Assembly (NCBI RefSeq): GCF_054482595.1
Contig: NZ_CM137008.1
Strand: one strand, 5' to 3'
Length of the DNA stretch: 64,000 nucleotides
In this document: piece by piece, positions 56,213-64,000 of the stretch
Position numbering within the stretch: position 1 is the stretch's first letter
Layout: each line of letters opens with the position of its first letter
Program-made: the position numbers and the translations under genes
Notes under the pieces: model-generated
Told to the model about the DNA's origin: nothing
Databases searched by the model: none
The model's input: only the letters and a program-made list of their open reading frames with translations

Positions 56213-56772
56213 GGTTTATTTCCCGGATAGCAACAGCAGCCAACCACATGATCATTCACCAGCCCACATGCCTGCATAAAGGAGTAACAGATTGTGGTAC
56301 CGACAAACTTAAAACCACGTTTTTTCAGTGCCTTAGATAGGGCGTCGGAGGCGGGCGTAGATGTGGGGATTTCGCTCAACGTTGTGGCTTGTGTCACCTG
56401 TGGCTGATGATTTACAAACGACCAGACAAAGTCGGCAAACGGTTCGCCGTTCTGTTCCATTTGCAGGTACGCCCGCGCATTACCAATAATTGCCTGAATT
56501 TTCCCGCGATGGCGGATAATCCCGGCGTCCTGTACCAGTCTTTCGACATCCTCTTCCTGCATTGCGGCAACCTTCACCGGATCGAACTGATGAAAGCAGG
56601 CGCGATAGTTTTCGCGTTTTTTGAGGACGGTGATCCACGATAACCCAGCCTGCTGCCCTTCCAGGCAGATCATTTCGAACAGTTTTTTACTGTCAGTTTC
56701 AGGCACGCCCCACTCATTATCATGGTAGGCAATATAAAGCGGGTCCTGACTCACCCAGCCGCAACGTTCCAT
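56209..56772 (-). CDS. tag: DNA-3-methyladenine glycosylase I
   Basis: Start at MERCGWVSQDPLYIAYHDNEWGVP (187 aa); the ORF-track N-terminal extension to 57009 is rejected. Confidence 0.93.
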   Translation of the reverse strand: MERCGWVSQDPLYIAYHDNEWGVPETDSKKLFEMICLEGQQAGLSWITVLKKRENYRACFHQFDPVKVAAMQEEDVERLVQDAGIIRHRGKIQAIIGNARAYLQMEQNGEPFADFVWSFVNHQPQVTQATTLSEIPTSTPASDALSKALKKRGFKFVGTTICYSFMQACGLVNDHVVGCCCYPGNKP

Positions 56773-56929
56773 ACTTTCCCTCGCTATGTACCCGATCGTA
56801 AAAATTTCAGCCGCTTTTCTTGACGCATCGGTGAAAAAGTCAATATTTAATACAGGGCTACTATGCCCGATATCCTTCATACAATGACAATAATATTGCC
56901 GAATTCGGCTCTTCCCTGGAGTCGTGTTA

Positions 56930-57628
56930 ATGATCATAAAAAAAAGCGGTGGTCGCTGGCAGCTAAGCCTGCTGGCGAGTGTGGTAATCAGTGCCTTTTT
57001 TCTCAACACAGCTTACGCCTGGCAACAAGAATATATCGTTGATACGCAACCCGGGCATTCCACAGAGCGTTACACCTGGGATAGTGATCATCAACCTGAT
57101 TACAACGATATTTTGTCGCAACGTATTCAAAGTAGCCAAAGGGCGCTGGGACTGGAAGTCAATCTGGCGGAAGAAACCCCTGTGGATGTGACCAGCAGTA
57201 TGAGTATGGGCTGGAATTTTCCTTTATATGAACAGGTTACAACTGGCCCGGTCGCGGCATTACATTACGATGGCACAACCACCTCGATGTATAACGAGTT
57301 TGGCGACAGTACTACCACTCTGACCGATCCGTTATGGCATGCCAGCGTGAGTACCTTAGGCTGGCGTGTTGACTCCCGGCTTGGCGATCTCCGACCCTGG
57401 GCGCAAATCAGCTATAACCAGCAATTTGGCGAGAATATCTGGAAGGCGCAATCAGGCCTGAGCCGGATGACGGCGACAAACCAGAACGGCAACTGGCTGG
57501 ATGTCACCGTAGGCGCTGATATGTTGCTCAATCAAAATATTGCCGCCTATGCCGCGCTATCTCAGGCAGAAAATACCACTAACAATAGCGATTATCTGTA
57601 TACGATGGGGGTTAGTGCCAGATTTTAA
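56930..57628 (+). CDS. yhjY: Outer-membrane autotransporter-like beta-domain protein
   Basis: 232-aa ORF from ATG 56930 after SD ctggag; signal-like N-terminus; C-terminal aromatic residue (…VSARF). Confidence 0.85.
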   Translation: MIIKKSGGRWQLSLLASVVISAFFLNTAYAWQQEYIVDTQPGHSTERYTWDSDHQPDYNDILSQRIQSSQRALGLEVNLAEETPVDVTSSMSMGWNFPLYEQVTTGPVAALHYDGTTTSMYNEFGDSTTTLTDPLWHASVSTLGWRVDSRLGDLRPWAQISYNQQFGENIWKAQSGLSRMTATNQNGNWLDVTVGADMLLNQNIAAYAALSQAENTTNNSDYLYTMGVSARF

Positions 57629-57730
57629 CGTAACAATCACAATTAAAACCATTGAATAACAATAGTTGTGGCGATAGTGGGTGCTAACTTACCAAATAAT
57701 AAATTTGGTGAATAATTGTCGCGTCATTCA

Positions 57731-57761
57731 TTCCTGAACTAAGGCATTTCATTCCGTTCTG
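57731..57761 (+). promoter_or_regulatory. yhjX promoter direct repeats (LytTR-type response-regulator site, YpdB/BtsR-like)
   Basis: Two perfect copies of ggcatttcat (57731-57740 and 57752-57761) separated by 11 bp, about 100 bp upstream of the yhjX ATG. Confidence 0.65.
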
Positions 57762-57856
57762 ATGGCATTTCATGCCGTTTTTCCCCAGGCATAAAGTGCA
57801 CTTCGTTATGGTTGTCGGCAGAGATTTTTCCTTTTTATTACTGCAGGAATACTGCC

Positions 57857-59059
57857 ATGACACCTTCAAATTATCAGCGTACCCGCTGGTTGACACTCAT
57901 CGGTACTATCATTACCCAGTTTGCGCTGGGGTCGGTTTATACCTGGAGCCTGTTTAACGGCGCGCTTTCCGCCAAGCTGGATGCGCCGGTAAGCCAGGTC
58001 GCTTTCTCTTTCGGCTTGTTAAGTCTGGGGCTGGCAATATCGTCTTCTGTTGCGGGCAAATTGCAGGAACGTTTTGGTGTTAAACGCGTCACCATCGCTT
58101 CCGGCATTTTGCTGGGATTAGGGTTCTTCCTGACAGCGCATTCTGACAACCTGATGATGCTGTGGTTAAGCGCCGGTGTGCTGGTCGGTCTGGCGGATGG
58201 CGCGGGTTACCTGCTGACGCTCTCTAACTGCGTGAAATGGTTCCCGGAGCGTAAAGGTCTGATCTCCGCGTTCGCTATCGGTTCTTATGGTCTGGGTAGC
58301 CTGGGTTTCAAATTTATCGACACGCAGCTGCTGGAAACGGTCGGTCTGGAAAAAACCTTTGTGATTTGGGGAGCGATTGCGCTGGTGATGATTGTTTTCG
58401 GCGCAACATTAATGAAAGACGCACCAAAACAGGAAGTGAAAACCAGCAATGGCGTAGTGGAGAAAGATTACACGCTGGCAGAGTCGATGCGTAAACCGCA
58501 GTACTGGATGTTAGCGGTAATGTTCCTGACTGCCTGCATGAGCGGCCTGTATGTGATTGGGGTAGCGAAAGATATCGCCCAAAGTCTGGCACACCTTGAT
58601 GTGGTTTCCGCAGCCAATGCAGTCACTGTTATTTCCATCGCCAACCTTTCAGGTCGTCTGGTGCTGGGCATTCTGTCTGACAAAATCGCCCGTATCCGTG
58701 TTATCACCATTGGTCAGGTAATTTCGCTTGTGGGTATGGCGGCCCTGCTGTTTGCACCATTGAATGCAGTGACGTTCTTTGCAGCGATTGCCTGCGTGGC
58801 ATTTAACTTTGGCGGCACTATTACCGTCTTTCCGTCACTGGTCAGTGAGTTCTTCGGCCTCAATAACCTGGCGAAAAACTACGGTGTGATTTACCTCGGT
58901 TTCGGTATCGGTAGCATTTGTGGTTCGATTATCGCCTCACTGTTTGGCGGCTTCTATGTGACGTTCTACGTCATCTTTGCTCTGCTGATTCTGTCATTGG
59001 CGCTTTCTACGACGATTCGTCAGCCAGAGCAGAAAGTATTGCGTGAGGCGCATATTTAG
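57857..59059 (+). CDS. yhjX: MFS transporter (oxalate/formate antiporter-like; pyruvate-inducible)
   Basis: Start at MTPSNYQRTRWLTLIGTIITQFALGSVYTWSLF; 12-TM MFS. Confidence 0.92.
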   Translation: MTPSNYQRTRWLTLIGTIITQFALGSVYTWSLFNGALSAKLDAPVSQVAFSFGLLSLGLAISSSVAGKLQERFGVKRVTIASGILLGLGFFLTAHSDNLMMLWLSAGVLVGLADGAGYLLTLSNCVKWFPERKGLISAFAIGSYGLGSLGFKFIDTQLLETVGLEKTFVIWGAIALVMIVFGATLMKDAPKQEVKTSNGVVEKDYTLAESMRKPQYWMLAVMFLTACMSGLYVIGVAKDIAQSLAHLDVVSAANAVTVISIANLSGRLVLGILSDKIARIRVITIGQVISLVGMAALLFAPLNAVTFFAAIACVAFNFGGTITVFPSLVSEFFGLNNLAKNYGVIYLGFGIGSICGSIIASLFGGFYVTFYVIFALLILSLALSTTIRQPEQKVLREAHI

Positions 59060-59083
59060 CCAGGAACTACAGATTTTGAACGA

Positions 59084-59110
59084 AAGGGGGAGGAAATCCT
59101 CCTTTTTTAT
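59084..59110 (+). terminator. Rho-independent terminator of yhjX
   Basis: ggggaggaaatcctcc hairpin followed by ttttttatt. Confidence 0.75.
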
Positions 59111-59403
59111 TGCATTTTAAAGAATAAAAATGAAAATATTTTATCTTATTATTTGTGTGGTGAATGTTTTTGTTTTGTTTAATTGATATTTTATATTTAT
59201 TTATTCCTAAAAATAAACGATGGCTTTTTATGTGAAAATGTAACGCAATGATTTTTTTTAAGATTTAAAGTTGGATGCGCTATTAATATATTATTCGTAT
59301 AATTTTATTATTCGTATTTCATTGTATAATCCTTCCTTCAAAGTTGTCGATTTTGATACATCAAGATTTTCTTTTTAATGTAATTTTTTAAATGGAGTTT
59401 TTC

Positions 59404-59928
59404 ATGAAAAAGGTCGTTTTTGCCTTAACCGCACTGGCGTTAACTTCTGGCACTGTATTCGCAGCAGAGTCTGGTGACGGCACGGTTAAATTTACAGGCG
59501 AGATCGTGGATTCACCTTGCGTACTGTCCGTTGACTCTCAGAACCAGGAAGTTGTGTTGGGTCAGGTACAAAAATCTGTATTTGCTGCGGTTGGTGACAA
59601 ATCCCCGGCAAAACCTTTCGAAATCAAACTGGAAGATTGCGATACCACCACGATGAAAAAAGCCAATGTGAGCTTTAGCGGTGTTGGTGATGCAGATCAA
59701 TCTGATCTGATTTCTGTTAGTACTGAAGCCGGTGCGGCGAAAGGTGTTGGTATCGGTATTTATGATAACAGCAACACCCTGGTCGCTCTTAACGGTGGTA
59801 AAGCAAGTGTTGATCTGAGTAAAGGCCAGACGGTTCTCTACTTTACCGCCAACTACGTTTCAACTCTGGCAACGGTAACGACCGGTTACGGCAATGCGCA
59901 GGTCGATTTCAACCTGTCTTACGAGTAA
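59404..59928 (+). CDS. lpfA: Fimbrial major subunit, long-polar-fimbriae type
   Basis: Start at MKKVVFALTALALTSGTVFAAESGDGTVKFTGEIVDSPCVL after SD ggag; type 1 pilin domain with C-terminal ...VDFNLSYE; preceded by a very AT-rich promoter region. Confidence 0.85.
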   Translation: MKKVVFALTALALTSGTVFAAESGDGTVKFTGEIVDSPCVLSVDSQNQEVVLGQVQKSVFAAVGDKSPAKPFEIKLEDCDTTTMKKANVSFSGVGDADQSDLISVSTEAGAAKGVGIGIYDNSNTLVALNGGKASVDLSKGQTVLYFTANYVSTLATVTTGYGNAQVDFNLSYE

Positions 59929-59980
59929 TCGTCTGTTTTACCCATGGCGGCGTAATTGCCGCCATTAGTCGTCAAAATTC

Positions 59981-60679
59981 ATGGATCGAATGATGAAAAG
60001 TAAATTTGTTGCGTTGGCTCTGTCTCTGTTCCTCTCCCAGTCAGTTCTGGCGGGGGGCGTTGGGCTTAGTGCTACCCGTGTGATTTATGATGGCAGTAAG
60101 AAAGAAGCCTCGCTGACCGTACAGAATAAAAGTAAGACGGAAGAGTTTCTGATCCAGTCCTGGGTGGATGATGCCGCGGGCAGCAAAAAAACACCGTTTA
60201 TAATTACCCCGCCGTTGTTCAGGCTCGATCCTGGAAAAAACAATATATTGCGTATTGTAAATACTACCCCTGGCCTGCCGCAGGATCGCGAATCGGTCTA
60301 CTGGGTTAATGTGAAAGCCATTCCGTCTAAAAGTGACGACAGCGAAAACAAAAATGTATTACAGATTGCTGTTCGCACCCGAATCAAACTTTTTTATCGC
60401 CCGGCAGGTTTAAAGGGTGATGTAAAAACCGCGCCAAATGAACTGCGATTTACGCGTAACGGTAATCAGCTCCGCGTTGATAATCCGACAGTTTTTAATA
60501 TTACCTTTAATCAATTTTTTGCGAATGACAAAGAAATTGAAAAAGCAGGCATGGTACCCGCTAAAGGGGCATTAAATATCACATTACCCGCCGGGGTAGG
60601 TAGCGTTTCTAAAATTAAATATAACGCCATCAATGACTTTGGATCGTCAGCGGAAATGATGACTAAAAATGTTGATTGA
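59981..60679 (+). CDS. lpfB: Periplasmic fimbrial chaperone (PapD-like)
   Basis: 232-aa ORF with signal peptide; chaperone motifs (LSATRVIYDG..., NPTPYY-like region); start may be at 59990 or 59993. Confidence 0.85.
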   Translation: MDRMMKSKFVALALSLFLSQSVLAGGVGLSATRVIYDGSKKEASLTVQNKSKTEEFLIQSWVDDAAGSKKTPFIITPPLFRLDPGKNNILRIVNTTPGLPQDRESVYWVNVKAIPSKSDDSENKNVLQIAVRTRIKLFYRPAGLKGDVKTAPNELRFTRNGNQLRVDNPTVFNITFNQFFANDKEIEKAGMVPAKGALNITLPAGVGSVSKIKYNAINDFGSSAEMMTKNVD

Positions 60680-60707
60680 TTAATATCTTTTCAGGAGAAA
60701 TAGCTCA

Positions 60708-63281
60708 ATGTCACGGAAGACCGTTTCACGTACTTTTTCTTCCTTTTCTATCTCTGTGGTGGCGGTTGCTGTTGCCAGCACGTTTTCTGCACATGCCGGA
60801 AAGTTTAACCCCAAATTCCTGGAGGACGTTCAGGGTGTGGGCCAGCATGTCGATTTAACGATGTTCGAAAAAGGCCAAGAACAGCAGTTACCCGGCATCT
60901 ATCGTGTCTCTGTTTACGTCAATGAACAGAGAATGGAAACCCGCACACTGGAATTTAAAGAGGCCACAGAAGCACAGCGCAAAGCGATGGGGGAATCCCT
61001 TGTGCCTTGCCTTAGCCGGACGCAACTGGCAGAGATGGGCGTGCGCGTTGAAAGCTTTCCGGCCCTCAATCTGGTGCCTGCCGAAGCCTGCGTACCGTTT
61101 GACGAAATCATTCCCCTGGCCTCAAGCCATTTCGACTTCAGTGAACAAAAGCTGGTATTAAGTTTCCCTCAGGCGGCGATGCACCAGGTGGCGCGTGGCA
61201 CGGTGCCGGAATCTTTATGGGACGAAGGTATCCCTGCGTTGCTGCTGGATTACAGTTTTAGCGGGAGCAACAGTGAATATGACTCGACGGGGTCTTCCAG
61301 CAGTTATGTCGATGATAATGGCACTGTTCATCATGATGATGGTAAAGATACGCTAAAGAGCGACAGCTACTACCTCAACTTACGCAGCGGGCTGAACCTT
61401 GGCGCTTGGCGGTTACGGAATTACAGTACCTGGAGCCATTCCGGTGGCAAAGCGCAGTGGGATAATATCGGTACGTCTTTGAGTAGGGCCATCATCCCTT
61501 TCAAAGCGCAATTAACAATGGGGGATACGGCGACCGCGGGGGATATTTTTGACAGCGTTCAGATGCGTGGCGCGATGTTAGCCTCCGATGAAGAGATGCT
61601 GCCCGACAGCCAGCGAGGCTTTGCACCCATCGTTCGTGGGATCGCCAAAAGTAACGCCGAAGTCAGTGTTGAACAAAACGGCTACGTTATTTATCGCACC
61701 TATGTGCAGCCTGGTGCCTTTGAAATAAACGATCTTTACCCCACTGCAAACAGCGGTGATCTCACGGTCATTATTAAAGAAGCGGATGGCAGTGAACAAC
61801 GCTTTATTCAGCCATTCTCATCGGTGCCAATTTTCCAGCGTGAAGGCCATCTCAAATATAGCTTTGCCGCAGGTGAATATCAGGCCGGGAATTATGACAG
61901 CGGCTCGCCGCGTTTCGGGCAGCTTGATCTGATTTATGGTTTACCGTGGGGGACGACCGCCTACGGCGGCGCATTAATCTCCAATAATTACAATGCGTTT
62001 GCATTAGGGATAGGTAAAAACTTTGGTTATATCGGGGCGATTTCCATCGATGTGACACAGGCGAAAAGCGAGCTGAATAACGATCGCGATAGCCAGGGAC
62101 AATCTTATCGCTTCTTATATTCCAAGAGCTTCGAAAGCGGCACCGATTTCCGCCTCGCGGGCTATCGATACTCTACCAGCGGTTTCTATACCTTCCAGGA
62201 AGCCACCGATGTTCGCAATGATGCCGACAGCGACTATAACCGTTATCACAAGCGCAGCGAAATACAGGGTAACCTGACGCAGCAATTAGGGTCATATGGC
62301 TCTGTTTATTTAAATTTAACGCAGCAGGATTACTGGAACGACGCAGGTAAACAGAACACGGTATCGGCGGGTTACAACGGACGTATTGGCAAGGTCAGTT
62401 ACAGTATTGCATATAGCTGGAATAAAAGCCCTGAATGGGATGAAAGCGATCGCTTGTGGTCTTTCAATATTTCCGTTCCACTAGGCCGGGCCTGGAGTAA
62501 CTATCGCGTCACGACCGACCAGGATGGTCGTACCAATCAACAGGTTGGGGTCAGCGGAACGCTGCTTGAGGATCGCAACCTGAGCTACAGTGTCCAGGAA
62601 GGCTACGCCAGCAACGGTGTGGGTAACAGCGGTAATGCTAACGTTGGCTATCAGGGTGGGTCCGGTAATGTCAACGTAGGCTATAGCTACGGGAAAGATT
62701 ACCGGCAGCTCAACTACAGCGTTCGCGGCGGCGTGATAGTTCATAGCGAAGGCGTGACGCTTTCCCAACCGCTAGGCGAAACCATGACGCTCATCTCCGT
62801 ACCCGGTGCGCGCAATGCCCGCGTGGTGAATAACGGCGGCGTTCAGGTTGACTGGATGGGTAACGCGATCGTGCCTTACGCCATGCCGTATCGTGAAAAC
62901 GAAATCTCACTGCGTAGCGATTCGTTGGGTGACGATGTTGACGTTGAAAATGCGTTCCAGAAAGTGGTGCCAACGCGTGGAGCGATTGTCAGAGCGCGTT
63001 TTGATACCCGCGTTGGTTACCGCGTATTAATGACGCTGCTTCGTTCCGCGGGCAGCCCGGTGCCCTTTGGAGCAACGGCAACGCTAATCACCGATAAACA
63101 AAACGAGATGAGCAGTATCGTTGGTGAAGAAGGACAGCTCTATATTAGCGGAATGCCAGAGGAAGGACGGGTATTGATTAAATGGGGTAATGACGCGTCG
63201 CAGCAATGCGTGGCGCCTTATAAATTATCCCTGGAATTAAAACAGGGCGGAATTATTCCTGTTTCGGCCAATTGCCAGTAA
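60708..63281 (+). CDS. lpfC: Outer-membrane fimbrial usher, intact
   Basis: 857-aa ORF with SD aggag; usher N-terminal, barrel and C-terminal domains in a single uninterrupted frame. Confidence 0.88.
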   Translation: MSRKTVSRTFSSFSISVVAVAVASTFSAHAGKFNPKFLEDVQGVGQHVDLTMFEKGQEQQLPGIYRVSVYVNEQRMETRTLEFKEATEAQRKAMGESLVPCLSRTQLAEMGVRVESFPALNLVPAEACVPFDEIIPLASSHFDFSEQKLVLSFPQAAMHQVARGTVPESLWDEGIPALLLDYSFSGSNSEYDSTGSSSSYVDDNGTVHHDDGKDTLKSDSYYLNLRSGLNLGAWRLRNYSTWSHSGGKAQWDNIGTSLSRAIIPFKAQLTMGDTATAGDIFDSVQMRGAMLASDEEMLPDSQRGFAPIVRGIAKSNAEVSVEQNGYVIYRTYVQPGAFEINDLYPTANSGDLTVIIKEADGSEQRFIQPFSSVPIFQREGHLKYSFAAGEYQAGNYDSGSPRFGQLDLIYGLPWGTTAYGGALISNNYNAFALGIGKNFGYIGAISIDVTQAKSELNNDRDSQGQSYRFLYSKSFESGTDFRLAGYRYSTSGFYTFQEATDVRNDADSDYNRYHKRSEIQGNLTQQLGSYGSVYLNLTQQDYWNDAGKQNTVSAGYNGRIGKVSYSIAYSWNKSPEWDESDRLWSFNISVPLGRAWSNYRVTTDQDGRTNQQVGVSGTLLEDRNLSYSVQEGYASNGVGNSGNANVGYQGGSGNVNVGYSYGKDYRQLNYSVRGGVIVHSEGVTLSQPLGETMTLISVPGARNARVVNNGGVQVDWMGNAIVPYAMPYRENEISLRSDSLGDDVDVENAFQKVVPTRGAIVRARFDTRVGYRVLMTLLRSAGSPVPFGATATLITDKQNEMSSIVGEEGQLYISGMPEEGRVLIKWGNDASQQCVAPYKLSLELKQGGIIPVSANCQ

Positions 63282-63295
63282 GCAAGGAGAGCGAA

Positions 63296-64000
63296 ATGAA
63301 AGCGGCAATAGCATTATCCTTATTAGGATGCGTATTCGGATTTTCTGGCAAGGCATTTGCCGGAGATGCGTGGGGGCCATGTACCCCCGCGGATGGCACG
63401 ACTTATCACTATAATGTCGATGTGGATGTTGGTATACCTGATGCGGCAAAAAACGTCGCAGGAACGGTTTTACCGGATGTCCTTAACTGGTCTAATGGAC
63501 AAAACGTATCGCTAATTTGTGAATGTCCTGATTCTTATAAGAATGAAAAAGATACTCTAGTACAAGGGGTGAGTATGCTTCCCCCTTCTGGCCGTTCGGT
63601 TGACAGTATGAAATATTATACTTTGACGGAGGAACTGGAGGTTGCGACGAAAATTCGCATCAGTACCAGTGTGTATGGATTTGTTCCTTTCAAAAACCAG
63701 CAGGCGCTGCAAACAACCGGATGCAACAAAGTCATTACTACGCCCTATATGGGCGGCGCAGGTCTACTTTCCTTTGCTATTACTAAACCCTTTATCGGCG
63801 ATTCAGTCATCCCTCCCACGTTAATTGCCGAACTGTATGCCTCCAAAACAAATAAAGATTACGGAACAATGCCAATATCTTCCGTATCTATTCAGGGCCG
63901 CGTCACCATAACCCAGGATTGCGAAATTAAACCTGGCACGGTGCTGGATGTGCCATTTGGTGAATTCCCCTCCTCGGCATTCAAAAACAGGCAAGGGCAA
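63296..64000 (+). CDS. lpfD: Fimbrial minor subunit / putative adhesin, 5' portion (continues beyond window end)
   Basis: Open frame from ATG 63296 to the window end with no stop: MKAAIALSLLGCVFGFSGKAFAGDAWGPCTPADG...; SD aaggaga. Confidence 0.75.
   Translation, partial: MKAAIALSLLGCVFGFSGKAFAGDAWGPCTPADGTTYHYNVDVDVGIPDAAKNVAGTVLPDVLNWSNGQNVSLICECPDSYKNEKDTLVQGVSMLPPSGRSVDSMKYYTLTEELEVATKIRISTSVYGFVPFKNQQALQTTGCNKVITTPYMGGAGLLSFAITKPFIGDSVIPPTLIAELYASKTNKDYGTMPISSVSIQGRVTITQDCEIKPGTVLDVPFGEFPSSAFKNRQGQ

Noticed and set aside
56773-57009. N-terminal extension of tag in the ORF track (266 aa)
   Set aside because: The conserved Tag protein begins at MERCGWVSQD; the extension overlaps the divergent yhjY promoter and start.

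Overview
This window is an Escherichia coli chromosomal segment running from the mannitol operon (mtlD/mtlA) through the rhsA locus, selAB, aldB, the xylose regulon, glyQS, cspA and bisC to yhjX, ending inside a chaperone-usher fimbrial operon (lpf-like). Most of it is conserved core genome with recognisable K-12 orthologues. Four accessory or variable blocks stand out. (1) A polymorphic-toxin array: full-length PAAR-Rhs (rhsA-like) with a variable C-terminal tip and a small membrane immunity gene, followed by two promoterless orphan Rhs C-terminal modules, each with its own putative secreted immunity gene, and a yibA copy carrying an in-frame TGA. (2) A three-gene module (AraC-family regulator, GPH-family symporter, cytoplasmic GH127-like hydrolase) in the ysaA-yiaT slot, which I propose is an undescribed beta-L-arabinofuranoside uptake and hydrolysis system; this is the best candidate for a new system in the window. 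(3) An apparently intact hokA toxin locus with no IS element between glyS and cspA. (4) An lpfABCD-like fimbrial operon downstream of yhjX. No rRNA, tRNA, CRISPR array, transposase or integrase was recognised. All calls rest on reading the sequence and the ORF track plus recall of E. coli gene families; no database search was run, and all regulatory-site and terminator coordinates are approximate.
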